This document shows positions 33,711 through 42,617 of a stretch of 43,818 bases of DNA, piece after piece; positions within the stretch are counted from its first letter, which is position 1, and each line of letters starts with the position of its first letter. Source of the stretch: a virus (taxonomy: Duplodnaviria > Caudoviricetes); IMG/VR virus record IMGVR_UViG_3300031965_000062, positions 1 to 43,818 of that record; one strand, written 5' to 3'. The notes beneath the pieces are model-generated. The model searched no databases, was not told where the DNA came from, and worked only from the letters and a program-made list of their open reading frames with translations. The position numbers and the translations under genes are program-made.

Positions 33711-36042
33711 CCATCCCTACGTCGAAAGAGAAAAGGTCAGCCGGCCGGGGAACCATTGCCCCGAACGTTCCTTGACCCGTGACCTTCTCGGGGTACAGGT
33801 AAACGAACTCAGTAGGCTCCTGGAGTTCTTCTTCGGTCGTGACTTCGTCGCTGGTGACACGAGCTTCAAAGCCGCCTGACGCACGGACCAACACCTTGAA
33901 CTTGCGGATCTGCAAGCGCCCTTGGGTGACAGGTTCGACGCCGCGGGAGGTATCGCCGCCCTGGACGAAGATGACCGGCTTCGTGAATTCGTACTCCGTG
34001 CTGTAGAGGCGGCCGATGTGGGCGACTCCAGCCGAGAAGTCCCCTTCGGCCATTACGACCAAGGGGTCAGAGTCGGACGTCACTGATACGGCCTGTTGAT
34101 GGGCGGCTGCGAAATCTGCATCGCTGAGGATCGCGAGGAAAGTTCCGTCGACAGCTTCATACGGCAGTGTCCAGCGCGTGAGTCCGTCGGCGACAGTGAA
34201 GACGCCCGTAGCTGCGTAGAGGGAGTCGAGGCAAATGCGGTCGCCAAACTCTCCGTGCTGAAGGCGGCCCATGTCCAAGCGCTCGATATGAACGCCGTCG
34301 TCGCGCCCTGCGACGATGTAGAGCTTGTCGCTGAGCCACTCCACTCCGAGGATCACGTAGCTCGGATCGAACTCCCAGCGGGACCACGAAGACTGCTTCT
34401 TGCTCGGGCCGTCGAAGAAGTAGGAGTAGACGTAAAGAGCGTTGGGGGTGTCTTCCGAGAACAAGACGAGCATGGACTCTTTTTGAGACGACGCCAAGAA
34501 CTTGACGTTTCCGGGAATATACGTCGGCACATGCGCGGCAATGTCAACACCGTCCGCAACGAGGTCCGCAATCGTGTACTCGATGACTGAGGTGGACGCG
34601 TCGCGCTCGACCGCGAAGTAGATCCCTTTTCCTGCGGCCTTCGGGCGGACCTTGCTCGAAGACGAGAACGCGCTTGCCTCGACAACCTCGGCGTTTTGAG
34701 TCGTCAGCGCGTCGCCGCCGACGAGAATGTTCTGCACGGCCGCCAAGCCGGAGAAGGTGTAGAGCTTCTGGTCGTAGGGGATCGCGAAGTCGATGGGGGC
34801 GATTCGGTTATTCGTTCCCGCTACGTCGATCGGATCTGAGTCTACGAGCGTCGCAACCGTCGTCGGCCAGAAGTTGAAGAACTCGCCGGCCTCGGACAAG
34901 ACGATATTCTCGCCTGCGAAGAGCCCCAGACGGTTCTTGTGGAACGAGATGTCGCTGATCTCCCGTCCGACGAAACTGGGCTCCGGGGCGGTGTCGATGT
35001 CGCCCGCCTCGCGGGACGCCCAGGTAAGCGGCCCGAAATCGAACTCGTCCGGCCCGACCTGCGTCAAGGCGTGAGGCATCGTATCCTCGTCGAAGTCGTT
35101 GTCCAACTCCGGCCCGACCGACTCCAGCCAAGCGTTATCGTCCTCGCTGTACTTGACCCAGTAGTTGCCGTCCTCGTTGCCGTCCTCGCCGATGATCTCC
35201 GTCAGGAAACCGTCGATCCCGCTGCCGGGGAGGTCCGAGAACTTGAAGGTGGTTTGGGAGATGAACTCGTAGGAATCGTCGCTCCATGCGTAATGCGGGC
35301 GGTGGATCTGCGCGAAAGGCCCTGAGGTCTGCAACCCATGGATCAGGGAGCCGCGGCGAACGAACGTCCACAGAGGGAAGTAGTCGACGTGGTAGATGCC
35401 TTCATTTGACGGCGTGCCGCCGGCTTCGTGCTCTTTCATGAGGGACTGCGCGAGCGCGGGCGCGATGAAGGGTTCCTTCATGTTGATGACTTTGTCCTGA
35501 GACACAGCGCCCAGCGTTTGCTGCCAGTTGTGCTCGTCATTCGGCGGGTTGGCGTCCGTAACCCAGACGAGAAACTCGTTCGTGCGGGCGGCGCTGACGG
35601 TTCCCGACATTTCGACCGTGACCTCTCGGTTCACGATGAAGGTGAAGTCGGCCACAGAGATGACGGCAAAGGCGTCTTGAGCATCGGCTCCTGCGAAGGC
35701 CAGGTAGGCGTCCGCGCCCGCCGCGATGTTCACGGTCGCCTCGGCGCCAGTCAGGAGGTTGAAGACGCGGATATCCCCGTCCTCAATCAGTACGACGTGC
35801 TGCGTCAGTTCGTCTCTAGAGCGAAAGTGAACGTGGTAGCCCGCGGTCGGGATGGCGGCGGTGTGGGCACGCGCGACGTACTCCGCGGGGGGACGAGTTC
35901 GAGGGCCCTCAACGACCCGCGACTGCAGATTGATCTGCTCCGCGCACTGTGAGTCGATGCGGAGTGACGGAGGCTGTTGACTGACGCCGTTGACCAGAGA
36001 GTCAAGCGTCTTAGAAATCAACCCGTCAGAGGGAGCAGCCAT
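33604..36042 (-). CDS. Tail tubular protein B (gp12-like nozzle)
   Basis: LVNGVSQQP, ADFTFIVN, TMPHAL, PSFVG..ISFHKNRLG, FFNFW, QSSWSRW, GRLQIR. Confidence 0.95.
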   Translation of the reverse strand: MAAPSDGLISKTLDSLVNGVSQQPPSLRIDSQCAEQINLQSRVVEGPRTRPPAEYVARAHTAAIPTAGYHVHFRSRDELTQHVVLIEDGDIRVFNLLTGAEATVNIAAGADAYLAFAGADAQDAFAVISVADFTFIVNREVTVEMSGTVSAARTNEFLVWVTDANPPNDEHNWQQTLGAVSQDKVINMKEPFIAPALAQSLMKEHEAGGTPSNEGIYHVDYFPLWTFVRRGSLIHGLQTSGPFAQIHRPHYAWSDDSYEFISQTTFKFSDLPGSGIDGFLTEIIGEDGNEDGNYWVKYSEDDNAWLESVGPELDNDFDEDTMPHALTQVGPDEFDFGPLTWASREAGDIDTAPEPSFVGREISDISFHKNRLGLFAGENIVLSEAGEFFNFWPTTVATLVDSDPIDVAGTNNRIAPIDFAIPYDQKLYTFSGLAAVQNILVGGDALTTQNAEVVEASAFSSSSKVRPKAAGKGIYFAVERDASTSVIEYTIADLVADGVDIAAHVPTYIPGNVKFLASSQKESMLVLFSEDTPNALYVYSYFFDGPSKKQSSWSRWEFDPSYVILGVEWLSDKLYIVAGRDDGVHIERLDMGRLQHGEFGDRICLDSLYAATGVFTVADGLTRWTLPYEAVDGTFLAILSDADFAAAHQQAVSVTSDSDPLVVMAEGDFSAGVAHIGRLYSTEYEFTKPVIFVQGGDTSRGVEPVTQGRLQIRKFKVLVRASGGFEARVTSDEVTTEEELQEPTEFVYLYPEKVTGQGTFGAMVPRPADLFSFDVGMDARYARIKITSTSFRALTLIAAEWQGFYTARSARL

Positions 36043-36048
36043 AGAACT

Positions 36049-36639
36049 CTACCTCTCGTTGATGATCCCTTGAAAGTGGATGGAGTCGAACACGTTGGCG
36101 CCCTCTTGATCGAGGGACTCTTCTTGAAACAGGCCGAGCGCTTCCGCCTCGTCTTCTTTCGTGAACTCGAAGAGAGTCGGAGAGCCGACGGTGCGCTTCT
36201 GAAACTTCACGCCTGCCCGGTGCGCGATGTAGCTGCGCGCGGTCTCGGGAAGGTCGTTAAAAGGAAGTAGGCGGACCCACACGACGCAGAGGTCGGCGGT
36301 GTTGCCGGTGTAAGTGTTGTCGAGGGTGTTGTAGAGGCGATTTCCCCGCTGAACGAATTTCGCTTTTTCGCTCTTGAAGACGGGGACGACGCGCTGAATT
36401 CCGACGGGAATTTCATACTCACCGTCGACGTTGGGAGACAACTCCTGAACCTCCGAGTTGAACCACCACCCGCGGGTTTGGATCTGGACGTTGACTTGAT
36501 TCAGAGCCGTGATCGCGTTGAGCACGTCGAGGCGCTGCGAATCGTGGATGTTGTCCACGGGGCGCTCGCCGATCGACGCGAGCATGATGTTGATGGCTTC
36601 TTGCTCGTTCGTGGGAGTCGGGTTCGTTGAGTGAGCCAT
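36049..36639 (-). CDS. Tail tubular protein A (gp11-like)
   Basis: EAINIMLASIGERPV, QTRGWWFN, LPFNDLPETARSYI. Confidence 0.93.
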   Translation of the reverse strand: MAHSTNPTPTNEQEAINIMLASIGERPVDNIHDSQRLDVLNAITALNQVNVQIQTRGWWFNSEVQELSPNVDGEYEIPVGIQRVVPVFKSEKAKFVQRGNRLYNTLDNTYTGNTADLCVVWVRLLPFNDLPETARSYIAHRAGVKFQKRTVGSPTLFEFTKEDEAEALGLFQEESLDQEGANVFDSIHFQGIINER

Positions 36640-36665
36640 TAGGAGATTCCTGAGAGGGGAGGGGT

Positions 36666-36694
36666 GGGGCACCCCCAAGGTCTGAGGGTGCCCC
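36666..36694 (-). terminator. GC-rich hairpin directly after the capsid stop (T-phi position, but no U tract)
   Basis: GGGGCACCCTCAG/TTGGGGGTGCCCC stem. Confidence 0.5.
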
Positions 36695-36699
36695 GGATA

Positions 36700-37485
36700 C
36701 TACACGATCGCGGTGTCTTCGAGCGAGATACAGCCTTCGGGCCGGAGGTAATCCTGACCGATGGCGTACTTCGACACGAATAACGATCCCTGTCGACGAA
36801 TGTCGTAGGCGCTCTCCGTCTTCATGTCGAGCAGCTTGACGGTGCCGATCGCGTTCTTGTGCCAGACCAGCCCGACGCACTCGCGGAAGTCGTCGCGGAG
36901 AGGGACGGGAACCGTCGCCTCGGCCGAGTCATCTGCGGTCGGGATGTTGTTGGACTTGAGAACCTGAAGGTCCGCCGCGAAGGGCATGGTCGCCCGCGCC
37001 TTGGAACCGTCACCCGCGAAGTCGCGGTGAATGAACTCTCCGTCCTCAAGCATGAGATACCACGCCAAGGGCAAGAGGGCCGCATAGCGATCGCTCTGCG
37101 GTACGTTCTTCTCGTCGAAAGTCTGCGCGGCGTCGTACAAAGCCGCCTTCAGAATCGCCGGGTCGGTCGAGAGGGCGGCCTGCTGAATCGGCGTGCCGTC
37201 GTTGTTGCCCGAGGTGTCGATCGGGTGAGAGGCGGCGGCGCCCACGAAGACGGCACGAAACGAGTTCGTGTCCTTCGCGTTTGCCAGGGCCTCGCCCAGC
37301 TGGTGCGCGTAAGCCGCGCGCACTTCGTAGTGATTCATGGCCTCGTCGAGGATGTAGATGAAGACGTCGGCTTCGAGGAGTTGCTGAATCGCGATGACCT
37401 TCGCAGCGTGCTCGATCGGCACGCCAACGATCTCGGCGCCCGGCGTATGGTACGCCGCGACCGTCGACCAGGTCAGGGGGAACTG
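36700..37485 (-). CDS. Major capsid protein, exon 2
   Basis: QFPLTW..AYHTPG..ILDEAMNHYEVRAAYAHQLGEALA..DEKNVP..KSNNIP..AIGTVKL..LRPE (T7 gp10-like). Confidence 0.95.
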   Translation of the reverse strand, partial: QFPLTWSTVAAYHTPGAEIVGVPIEHAAKVIAIQQLLEADVFIYILDEAMNHYEVRAAYAHQLGEALANAKDTNSFRAVFVGAAASHPIDTSGNNDGTPIQQAALSTDPAILKAALYDAAQTFDEKNVPQSDRYAALLPLAWYLMLEDGEFIHRDFAGDGSKARATMPFAADLQVLKSNNIPTADDSAEATVPVPLRDDFRECVGLVWHKNAIGTVKLLDMKTESAYDIRRQGSLFVSKYAIGQDYLRPEGCISLEDTAIV

Positions 37486-38098
37486 CATCATATCTTCAAC
37501 AGGCTGCGTTACGGCCTGCCCGCCTTCTAGGAGGCTGCTGGCGATTACTCGCCAGAGGAGACTATCTCTTTGCTGCTATGTTTTTCGAGATACGCCGCCG
37601 CAGCGCGAAGGCGCCGGGGGGAATCCTTCATTAAACCAAGAGCGGTATTGCAATTCGTGCAGAGCAGACCGCGCACTTTACCTGTGCGATGGTCGTGGTC
37701 TACAGCGAGCTTGGAGTAGCGCGAGGAATTCAAAGTACAGCAACAAACAGCGCAGGCGCCGCTCTGCTGTACTAGTATCTCGTCATACCGAGCGTTACAC
37801 ACTCCGTTCTTGCGGTATCGCTGCCTCTCAATCTGACAGCTCTTGCAATGGCGGCGCGGCGTCCCTTCTTTACGGAAGTAGAACTCGCCCAGCGGCTTTT
37901 CAGTCCGGCAGATGCGACAAATTTGCATCCGATGATTCCTTTAGCAGCACTCTGCGCTTCCGAGTCACTAGACCCGTACTGGCATGTGCCATAGTCGTTA
38001 CACGTTCCTGTCGTTAGATCAGGCTTCGCTCGGTATTGCCCGCTAGGGGTGTCCACCGAATTCACAGGGTTTTTGAGTCTGCCCAGTTTTTTGGGTTA
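37486..38098 (-). ncRNA. Group I self-splicing intron (613 nt) in the major capsid gene
   Basis: Exon1 ends ..AAGTCTGCT then TAA; P1 AGUCUGCU/GGCAGACU with U.G at the splice site; P/Q AAUUCGGUG/AAUACCGAGC; P7 GACUA/UAGUC; ends in G before CAGTTC; P10 AACUG/CAGUU; splicing restores SGKSA-QFP. Confidence 0.93.
37545..37928 (-). CDS. Intron-encoded homing endonuclease (EndoVII-like HNH)
   Basis: QSGACAVC..LAVDHDHRTGKVRGLLCTNCNTALG; nested in the intron and overlapping its 3' core. Confidence 0.9.
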   Translation of the reverse strand: MQICRICRTEKPLGEFYFRKEGTPRRHCKSCQIERQRYRKNGVCNARYDEILVQQSGACAVCCCTLNSSRYSKLAVDHDHRTGKVRGLLCTNCNTALGLMKDSPRRLRAAAAYLEKHSSKEIVSSGE

Positions 38099-38263
38099 AG
38101 CAGACTTGCCGCTCGTGATCTTCCGCTCGATCTGTCGATCATCGGTGAGTTGGGTGAAGTCGTATCGCTCCAGCACAAGGCCGGAGAAGACTTCGAGAAA
38201 CAGGGCATCGACATCGCCGGCTCCGGCGATCTGCCCAATTCGTGACGGTACTGCTACTGCCAT
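38099..38263 (-). CDS. Major capsid protein, exon 1 (55 aa; not in the ORF track)
   Basis: RBS AGGAG; MAVAVPSRIGQIAGAGDVDALFLEVFSGLVLERYDFTQLTDDRQIERKITSGKSA corresponds to T7 gp10 ALFLKVFGGEV..SGKSA. Confidence 0.93.
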
Positions 38264-38303
38264 AGGGGTAACTCCTAAGTGGGGTGTGGGTGTGGGGAAA
38301 GTG

Positions 38304-39071
38304 CTAGTTGTTCAGGTATTTGCCAGTCTTCATAGACTGGTCTAGTTGACGTTCCACCCTTTCGCGCACGGCTCTGTCGCGCTTGTACTCGTCAGTCCGC
38401 ATGATGCGAACCAACTCCTGACGTGAGCCGATGATCGGCTCTCCAGGTGCGCGGCCTCCCTTGTGCGTAAGGTCAGGCTCATGGTCCGGTTGAGAGCCGG
38501 AAGCCTGAAGGTAACGGGCGTGTAGACCTCGGATCGCGGTATCCCTTCTCGCTGCGTCGGCGCCAGTTGCGTCGGCGTCGAATGCCGCACGCTCCGCTTC
38601 GGTGAGTCCACCTTCTGCCGCCCACTTACACATTTCGCCGTAGGATTGCTTCCCTCCGACGAGGTCGAAAGCCTCGGTCTGCACAGCGTTCATGCTAGCC
38701 GAGTTGCCTTCGATGTAGGTGTCGATGTACTGGTCGACGATCTCTTGCGGAACGTTCGGTGCGAATAGCGCTGCCTTGACGGCAGCACGAGTCTCATCGC
38801 TCAGATCCCCGTCCTTCAGATACTCAGCCGTCCAGGTTTCAAGCTGGTCGTTGATCTCGGGCGGGGTTCCTTCCGGCTTTTCGCCTTCGGCCTTGGGGGT
38901 TTCGCCTTCCGGCTCAACCTTCACCTCTCCAGGATCTTCGGTAGAAATGACCGGCTTGGAGGGTTCGCCTTCCGGCTTTACCTCCGGCGCGCCGGGGTCT
39001 TTACCGTATTCGCCTGAAAGTTTGGCGGCGTCATGCGCTTCGGGATTCACTTCAAAGGTTTCCGTCGCCAT
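38304..39071 (-). CDS. Capsid scaffolding protein (gp9-like)
   Basis: Acidic N-terminus, VGGKQSYGEMCKWA, MRTDEYKRD; between portal and capsid. Confidence 0.9.
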   Translation of the reverse strand: MATETFEVNPEAHDAAKLSGEYGKDPGAPEVKPEGEPSKPVISTEDPGEVKVEPEGETPKAEGEKPEGTPPEINDQLETWTAEYLKDGDLSDETRAAVKAALFAPNVPQEIVDQYIDTYIEGNSASMNAVQTEAFDLVGGKQSYGEMCKWAAEGGLTEAERAAFDADATGADAARRDTAIRGLHARYLQASGSQPDHEPDLTHKGGRAPGEPIIGSRQELVRIMRTDEYKRDRAVRERVERQLDQSMKTGKYLNN

Positions 39072-39075
39072 CCGA

Positions 39076-39426
39076 CTACTCCTTCAGTTCGATCTCGTGC
39101 TGGGCTCCGACAATGCCGGTTCCCGGGCGACGAATCTTTCGGATCAGGGTTGCAACCGTCTTCTCTTTTGAAAGCCGGTCGATCACCGTCCTGGTGTACT
39201 GAACGTGGTCGTAAATGGCGCCCGTTCGCGTGTCTTGAGTAACACGCACTACGGGGTGCATCTTGCCTCGGAACTTGCGAGTCCTACCTGACTCGGCAGC
39301 GGCTACGTCGCCGACTACTGCCGGGGTCTTGCGACCCTTCTTTTTTCCCTCGACCGACTTCTTGGTGGTCGGCTCACCCGTCAGGGGCGCGCTATCCGTA
39401 TTGGGGGATTCGCTTGCACCAGTCAT
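39076..39426 (-). CDS. Hypothetical basic protein
   Basis: RBS AGGAG; between portal and scaffold. Confidence 0.6.
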   Translation of the reverse strand: MTGASESPNTDSAPLTGEPTTKKSVEGKKKGRKTPAVVGDVAAAESGRTRKFRGKMHPVVRVTQDTRTGAIYDHVQYTRTVIDRLSKEKTVATLIRKIRRPGTGIVGAQHEIELKE

Positions 39427-39445
39427 TCATTACTTCTCCTATGTG

Positions 39446-41113
39446 CTATTGAGTCGGCGCTGCTTGAGCGTCGGCTTGAGTACTCGCCACCTGCGAGCTT
39501 ACTTCCTGGGCGCCAGCCTTGGCGAACTCGGGGGCTCCTGCTTTCAGGAGTTCCGCCATTTGCGCCTGCTGCTGTGCCTGTTGGTCTTCCTGCGCGATTT
39601 CTTCGGCCGTCTTGATAAGCCCCTCTTCGGGGATGCCGACGCCGATCGCCGCGCGGTTGATGATCTCTTGAGGCTTGAGCCACCGCCCAATTTCCGGGAT
39701 GAGAGGCTGGATCTCGCCGACGAGGTGGGAGTAGAACTCGCGATTGCGGTTGAACTCGTGCCCGCGACCGACCGCGGCGAGACCCGTGACGACTACGGCC
39801 TTGACCGCGTCCTTCGGCTTCACCGGCTTGAGCAAGCCTTTCTTGATGAGGCGCTGTTCAGTGCGGAGGGCGATCGGGAGTTGAAGCTCTTGGGCGAGAA
39901 CGGAGTAGATGCCTCCTAGGGCGTCCTCAAGCTCTTCAGCCATCCGGCGGATTTCCTCCGCAGTAACGCGCTCGGCACTTCGTTGAAAGCTGGAGTTCAG
40001 GAGGAACGCCGCTGCCAGTTCATTCGAGAGGCGCTGGCTGGTAGACTCCGCCACAACGAAATCGGCCTGCTTGTTCTGCTGGAGCATGGTCACGTCTTCG
40101 GGATACCCTAGGAGGGCCTGACCGTTCTCGGCTCGCATGAGCTTCGCGGGGGTGAGGGCGGCGCCGGGGCGGACGAGGGGGACCAGCTTCGCGGCGTTGA
40201 CCGCCCCGAGCGTGATCGCCTGCTGAAGGCGTTCGAGGGATCGGAGACCGCCTCGAAATTCCTCAATGTATCCGCGGCCGTAGTCTTCGCCGTCGATCGA
40301 ACTGAAGCGCAGGGGAAGGAAGGGGAGCTTGTCTTTGACGAAGGAACCAGCCTTTCCAGGAATAGGAACGCCCAGAGCCTCTTGCGATACAAAATACCGC
40401 TGCTCGCGAAGCTCGATTCGGGTGTAGACGTCAACCGACTTCCGGCCGTCCTTGTCCTTCTCCAGGGTGCCAGGGTTCGTGGGGTCTTCAGGCTGGCCGT
40501 TCGCCAGGAGGGCGTCGACGATCTCCTCGGGCAGGGTCTCGCGCGCCATCGGCTCGACGTAGATGATCTCGATCGGGGTGCCGACGAAGTCGCGGCGGAC
40601 GACGTAGGAATTGAGAGGGAAGACGCGGAGGCCGCCTTCGGGCATGAGGTAGAGAAGGACGTTGCCCGCGACCAGGAGGTGCTTGAAGGCGAGGTCCGTC
40701 TTGGTCCTGACGTTCTGAGAGTCTACGTCGTCCATGATGAGGCGCTCGCGGACCGCAAGACCCTTCTCGATCTCGCTACGCTCGGCGTCGCGACGCGAAT
40801 CCTCCAACTCTTTCTTGACTTCGGGATGGAGCTGGTAGCGCATGAAGGCGCCGGTCGGGGGGAAGAGAGCGAGGTTGAGCTTCGACGCGAGGTTGCGGAC
40901 GCCGCGCGCCCCGAGAATCTGCCAAGGTTTCGCGAGGTTCTCTGGAGAGCCGTCGTTCGTTTGGGTCGTAATGTCGACCTGTGAAGGAACGATCGAAGGG
41001 ATGGTCAGCTTGGCCGACTCGTAGGCTTCGTCCAGGAACCATTGGCGGTCCGTGGAGAGGCGAGAGTAGCGGGCCTTGACCAACCCATCCTCAGCTAGAG
41101 GGTGCTTGGACAT
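39446..41113 (-). CDS. Portal (head-tail connector, gp8-like)
   Basis: WQILGARGVRNLASKLNLALFP, GEDYGRGYIEE, AERVTAEEIR..ELEDALGGIYS. Confidence 0.97.
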   Translation of the reverse strand: MSKHPLAEDGLVKARYSRLSTDRQWFLDEAYESAKLTIPSIVPSQVDITTQTNDGSPENLAKPWQILGARGVRNLASKLNLALFPPTGAFMRYQLHPEVKKELEDSRRDAERSEIEKGLAVRERLIMDDVDSQNVRTKTDLAFKHLLVAGNVLLYLMPEGGLRVFPLNSYVVRRDFVGTPIEIIYVEPMARETLPEEIVDALLANGQPEDPTNPGTLEKDKDGRKSVDVYTRIELREQRYFVSQEALGVPIPGKAGSFVKDKLPFLPLRFSSIDGEDYGRGYIEEFRGGLRSLERLQQAITLGAVNAAKLVPLVRPGAALTPAKLMRAENGQALLGYPEDVTMLQQNKQADFVVAESTSQRLSNELAAAFLLNSSFQRSAERVTAEEIRRMAEELEDALGGIYSVLAQELQLPIALRTEQRLIKKGLLKPVKPKDAVKAVVVTGLAAVGRGHEFNRNREFYSHLVGEIQPLIPEIGRWLKPQEIINRAAIGVGIPEEGLIKTAEEIAQEDQQAQQQAQMAELLKAGAPEFAKAGAQEVSSQVASTQADAQAAPTQ

Positions 41114-41191
41114 TGGATTTCTCAGCGTTTTCAGGGAGTTACGCGCAGCGCGCGGATGCGCGTCACGCGGCGGGAAGGATTCCCGTCGATA

Positions 41192-41410
41192 CTAGCTCTG
41201 AACCCCGGAGCCGGCGCTGCGCGAGGCGCTGCCGATTGAGAGTCCGGGGGTGATGATGAGGGAGTCGCGGCCTGAGGCGAGAGCCTTCTTCTTGCCGCGC
41301 CGATCTCTTTCCTTGGCGCTCGCTGCGTCGATCAGCAGCTCGGGCGCCTTCTCTTGAACAGGGGCCGTCGGTAGAATCTTGTTACCGGCGCCGCCGCCTC
41401 CTAGACACAT
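41192..41410 (-). CDS. Small virion/tail assembly protein upstream of the portal
   Basis: MCLGGG start, KKK..GRDSLII; T7 gp6.7/7.3-like position. Confidence 0.65.
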   Translation of the reverse strand: MCLGGGGAGNKILPTAPVQEKAPELLIDAASAKERDRRGKKKALASGRDSLIITPGLSIGSASRSAGSGVQS

Positions 41411-41485
41411 GGGATGACCTCCAAAAAAGGAACTTTCTTTGATGGTCCCCGATAGACTTTTCGAGGCGAAACGGCCCCGCCGCCG

Positions 41486-42046
41486 TCATTCCGAAGAGAT
41501 AGTCACGGCGGACGAGGCATCTCCCAAGAGGCGAAACGGCTTGACGCGGACCAGCGAGGCGACCTTGAGCTGCTTGACGCGGATGCCCCACGGGCCGAGG
41601 ATTCGGCGGATCTTGTCGAGGGCGGAGTTGCATAGGAAGTCGCCCAGCTCGTCGAAGCTCAACTTCAGCCCCACCTCGACGACTTCCGAACACAGGGTCG
41701 TCATCACAGAGTCGTCGTAGTCCTGGATCGAGCGGTACATCTTCGAGAGGTCAGAAACCTCGTAGTGGGCAGCGAGACGGACACTGACCGCAACCCCGTC
41801 GGCGGACATAAAGTCCAGCCGGGGAGTGATCTGAACGTCGCGAACGGTGTTCTCAGTGTAGAACTCGTAGACGAACGGAAGGATCAGGTGGAAGCCGGAG
41901 CCGAAGACCCCATTCTCGACCGTGGCCGTCTTGACGATCTTTCCGGCGCGGGTGACGACGCCTTGCTGCCACTCGTTCACGCGGTGGATCGGCCAGAACT
42001 CGGTCAGCATGTTCACGAGCTGCTGAAGTAGGTCTCCGAGAGTCAT
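41486..42046 (-). CDS. SPFH (band 7/prohibitin-like) domain protein
   Basis: VNEWQQGVVTRAGK..GFHLILPFV..SADGVAVSV..WGIRV. Confidence 0.75.
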   Translation of the reverse strand: MTLGDLLQQLVNMLTEFWPIHRVNEWQQGVVTRAGKIVKTATVENGVFGSGFHLILPFVYEFYTENTVRDVQITPRLDFMSADGVAVSVRLAAHYEVSDLSKMYRSIQDYDDSVMTTLCSEVVEVGLKLSFDELGDFLCNSALDKIRRILGPWGIRVKQLKVASLVRVKPFRLLGDASSAVTISSE

Positions 42047-42267
42047 TGGTTCTCAACCTTTCGTCGAGCGTACTCGGCGGTGGCCTTCTCGATATAGTCT
42101 TTAAGGCCCTCAACCTTTCGTCGAACGTACTCGGCGGTGGCCTTCTCGATATCGTCTTTAAGGCCGGTTAGTCTTTCGATTTCTAGGTTGGCGTTCTCGA
42201 TCACGTCCACGACCGACTTCTTGACGGGTTCGGAAACTACGCAAACGCCTCGCGATTTGTCATTCAT
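42043..42267 (-). CDS. Small coiled-coil protein with an internal 19-aa duplication
   Basis: GLKDxIEKATAEYxRRKVE occurs twice. Confidence 0.6.
   Translation of the reverse strand: MNDKSRGVCVVSEPVKKSVVDVIENANLEIERLTGLKDDIEKATAEYVRRKVEGLKDYIEKATAEYARRKVENQ
42052..42165. repeat. 57-bp tandem duplication (2 copies, 2 mismatches)
   Basis: CTCAACCTTTCGTCGA..TTAAGGCC twice. Confidence 0.92.
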
Positions 42268-42617
42268 CGGCTTTTCTCAATCATCTCCGTCAAAGTCTCT
42301 TCCTGCTCGTCCATCTCTTCGTTAGCAAGAGCTAGACAGTGACTAAACGAGGCGGAAAAGACTCGTTTGATTTGTCCGCTGCTCCGGTCAGCGTACTTAA
42401 TCTCGACGAGGTTGTCGGTCTTGTTGATCTCCGCCAGAACTTCTGCCGGGACAATGCGGTTCGGGGCCACAGTCGCGAGGTGATCGACAGGCGTCAAACC
42501 ATAGAACAAATGACGGTTGATCGACAGCTCCATCCAACCGTTGTCGCACCGATTCATGAAGCGAACGTACTCGTCCACGAACTCAATCTTGACCTGGTCT
42601 GTTACGTGAAGTGACAC
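42264..42617 (-). CDS. Hypothetical protein
   Basis: GTG start with AGGAG upstream. Confidence 0.55.
   Translation of the reverse strand: MSLHVTDQVKIEFVDEYVRFMNRCDNGWMELSINRHLFYGLTPVDHLATVAPNRIVPAEVLAEINKTDNLVEIKYADRSSGQIKRVFSASFSHCLALANEEMDEQEETLTEMIEKSR

Noticed and set aside
36700-37491. ORF-track 263-aa protein starting MMQFP as the full capsid protein
   Set aside because: Those ATGs are the last intron bases. The conserved capsid N-terminus with its RBS is at 38099-38263.
37394-38065. ORFs 37394-38017 (+) and 37772-38065 (-) in the intron
   Set aside because: They overlap the ribozyme core and the endonuclease and show no protein-like motifs.
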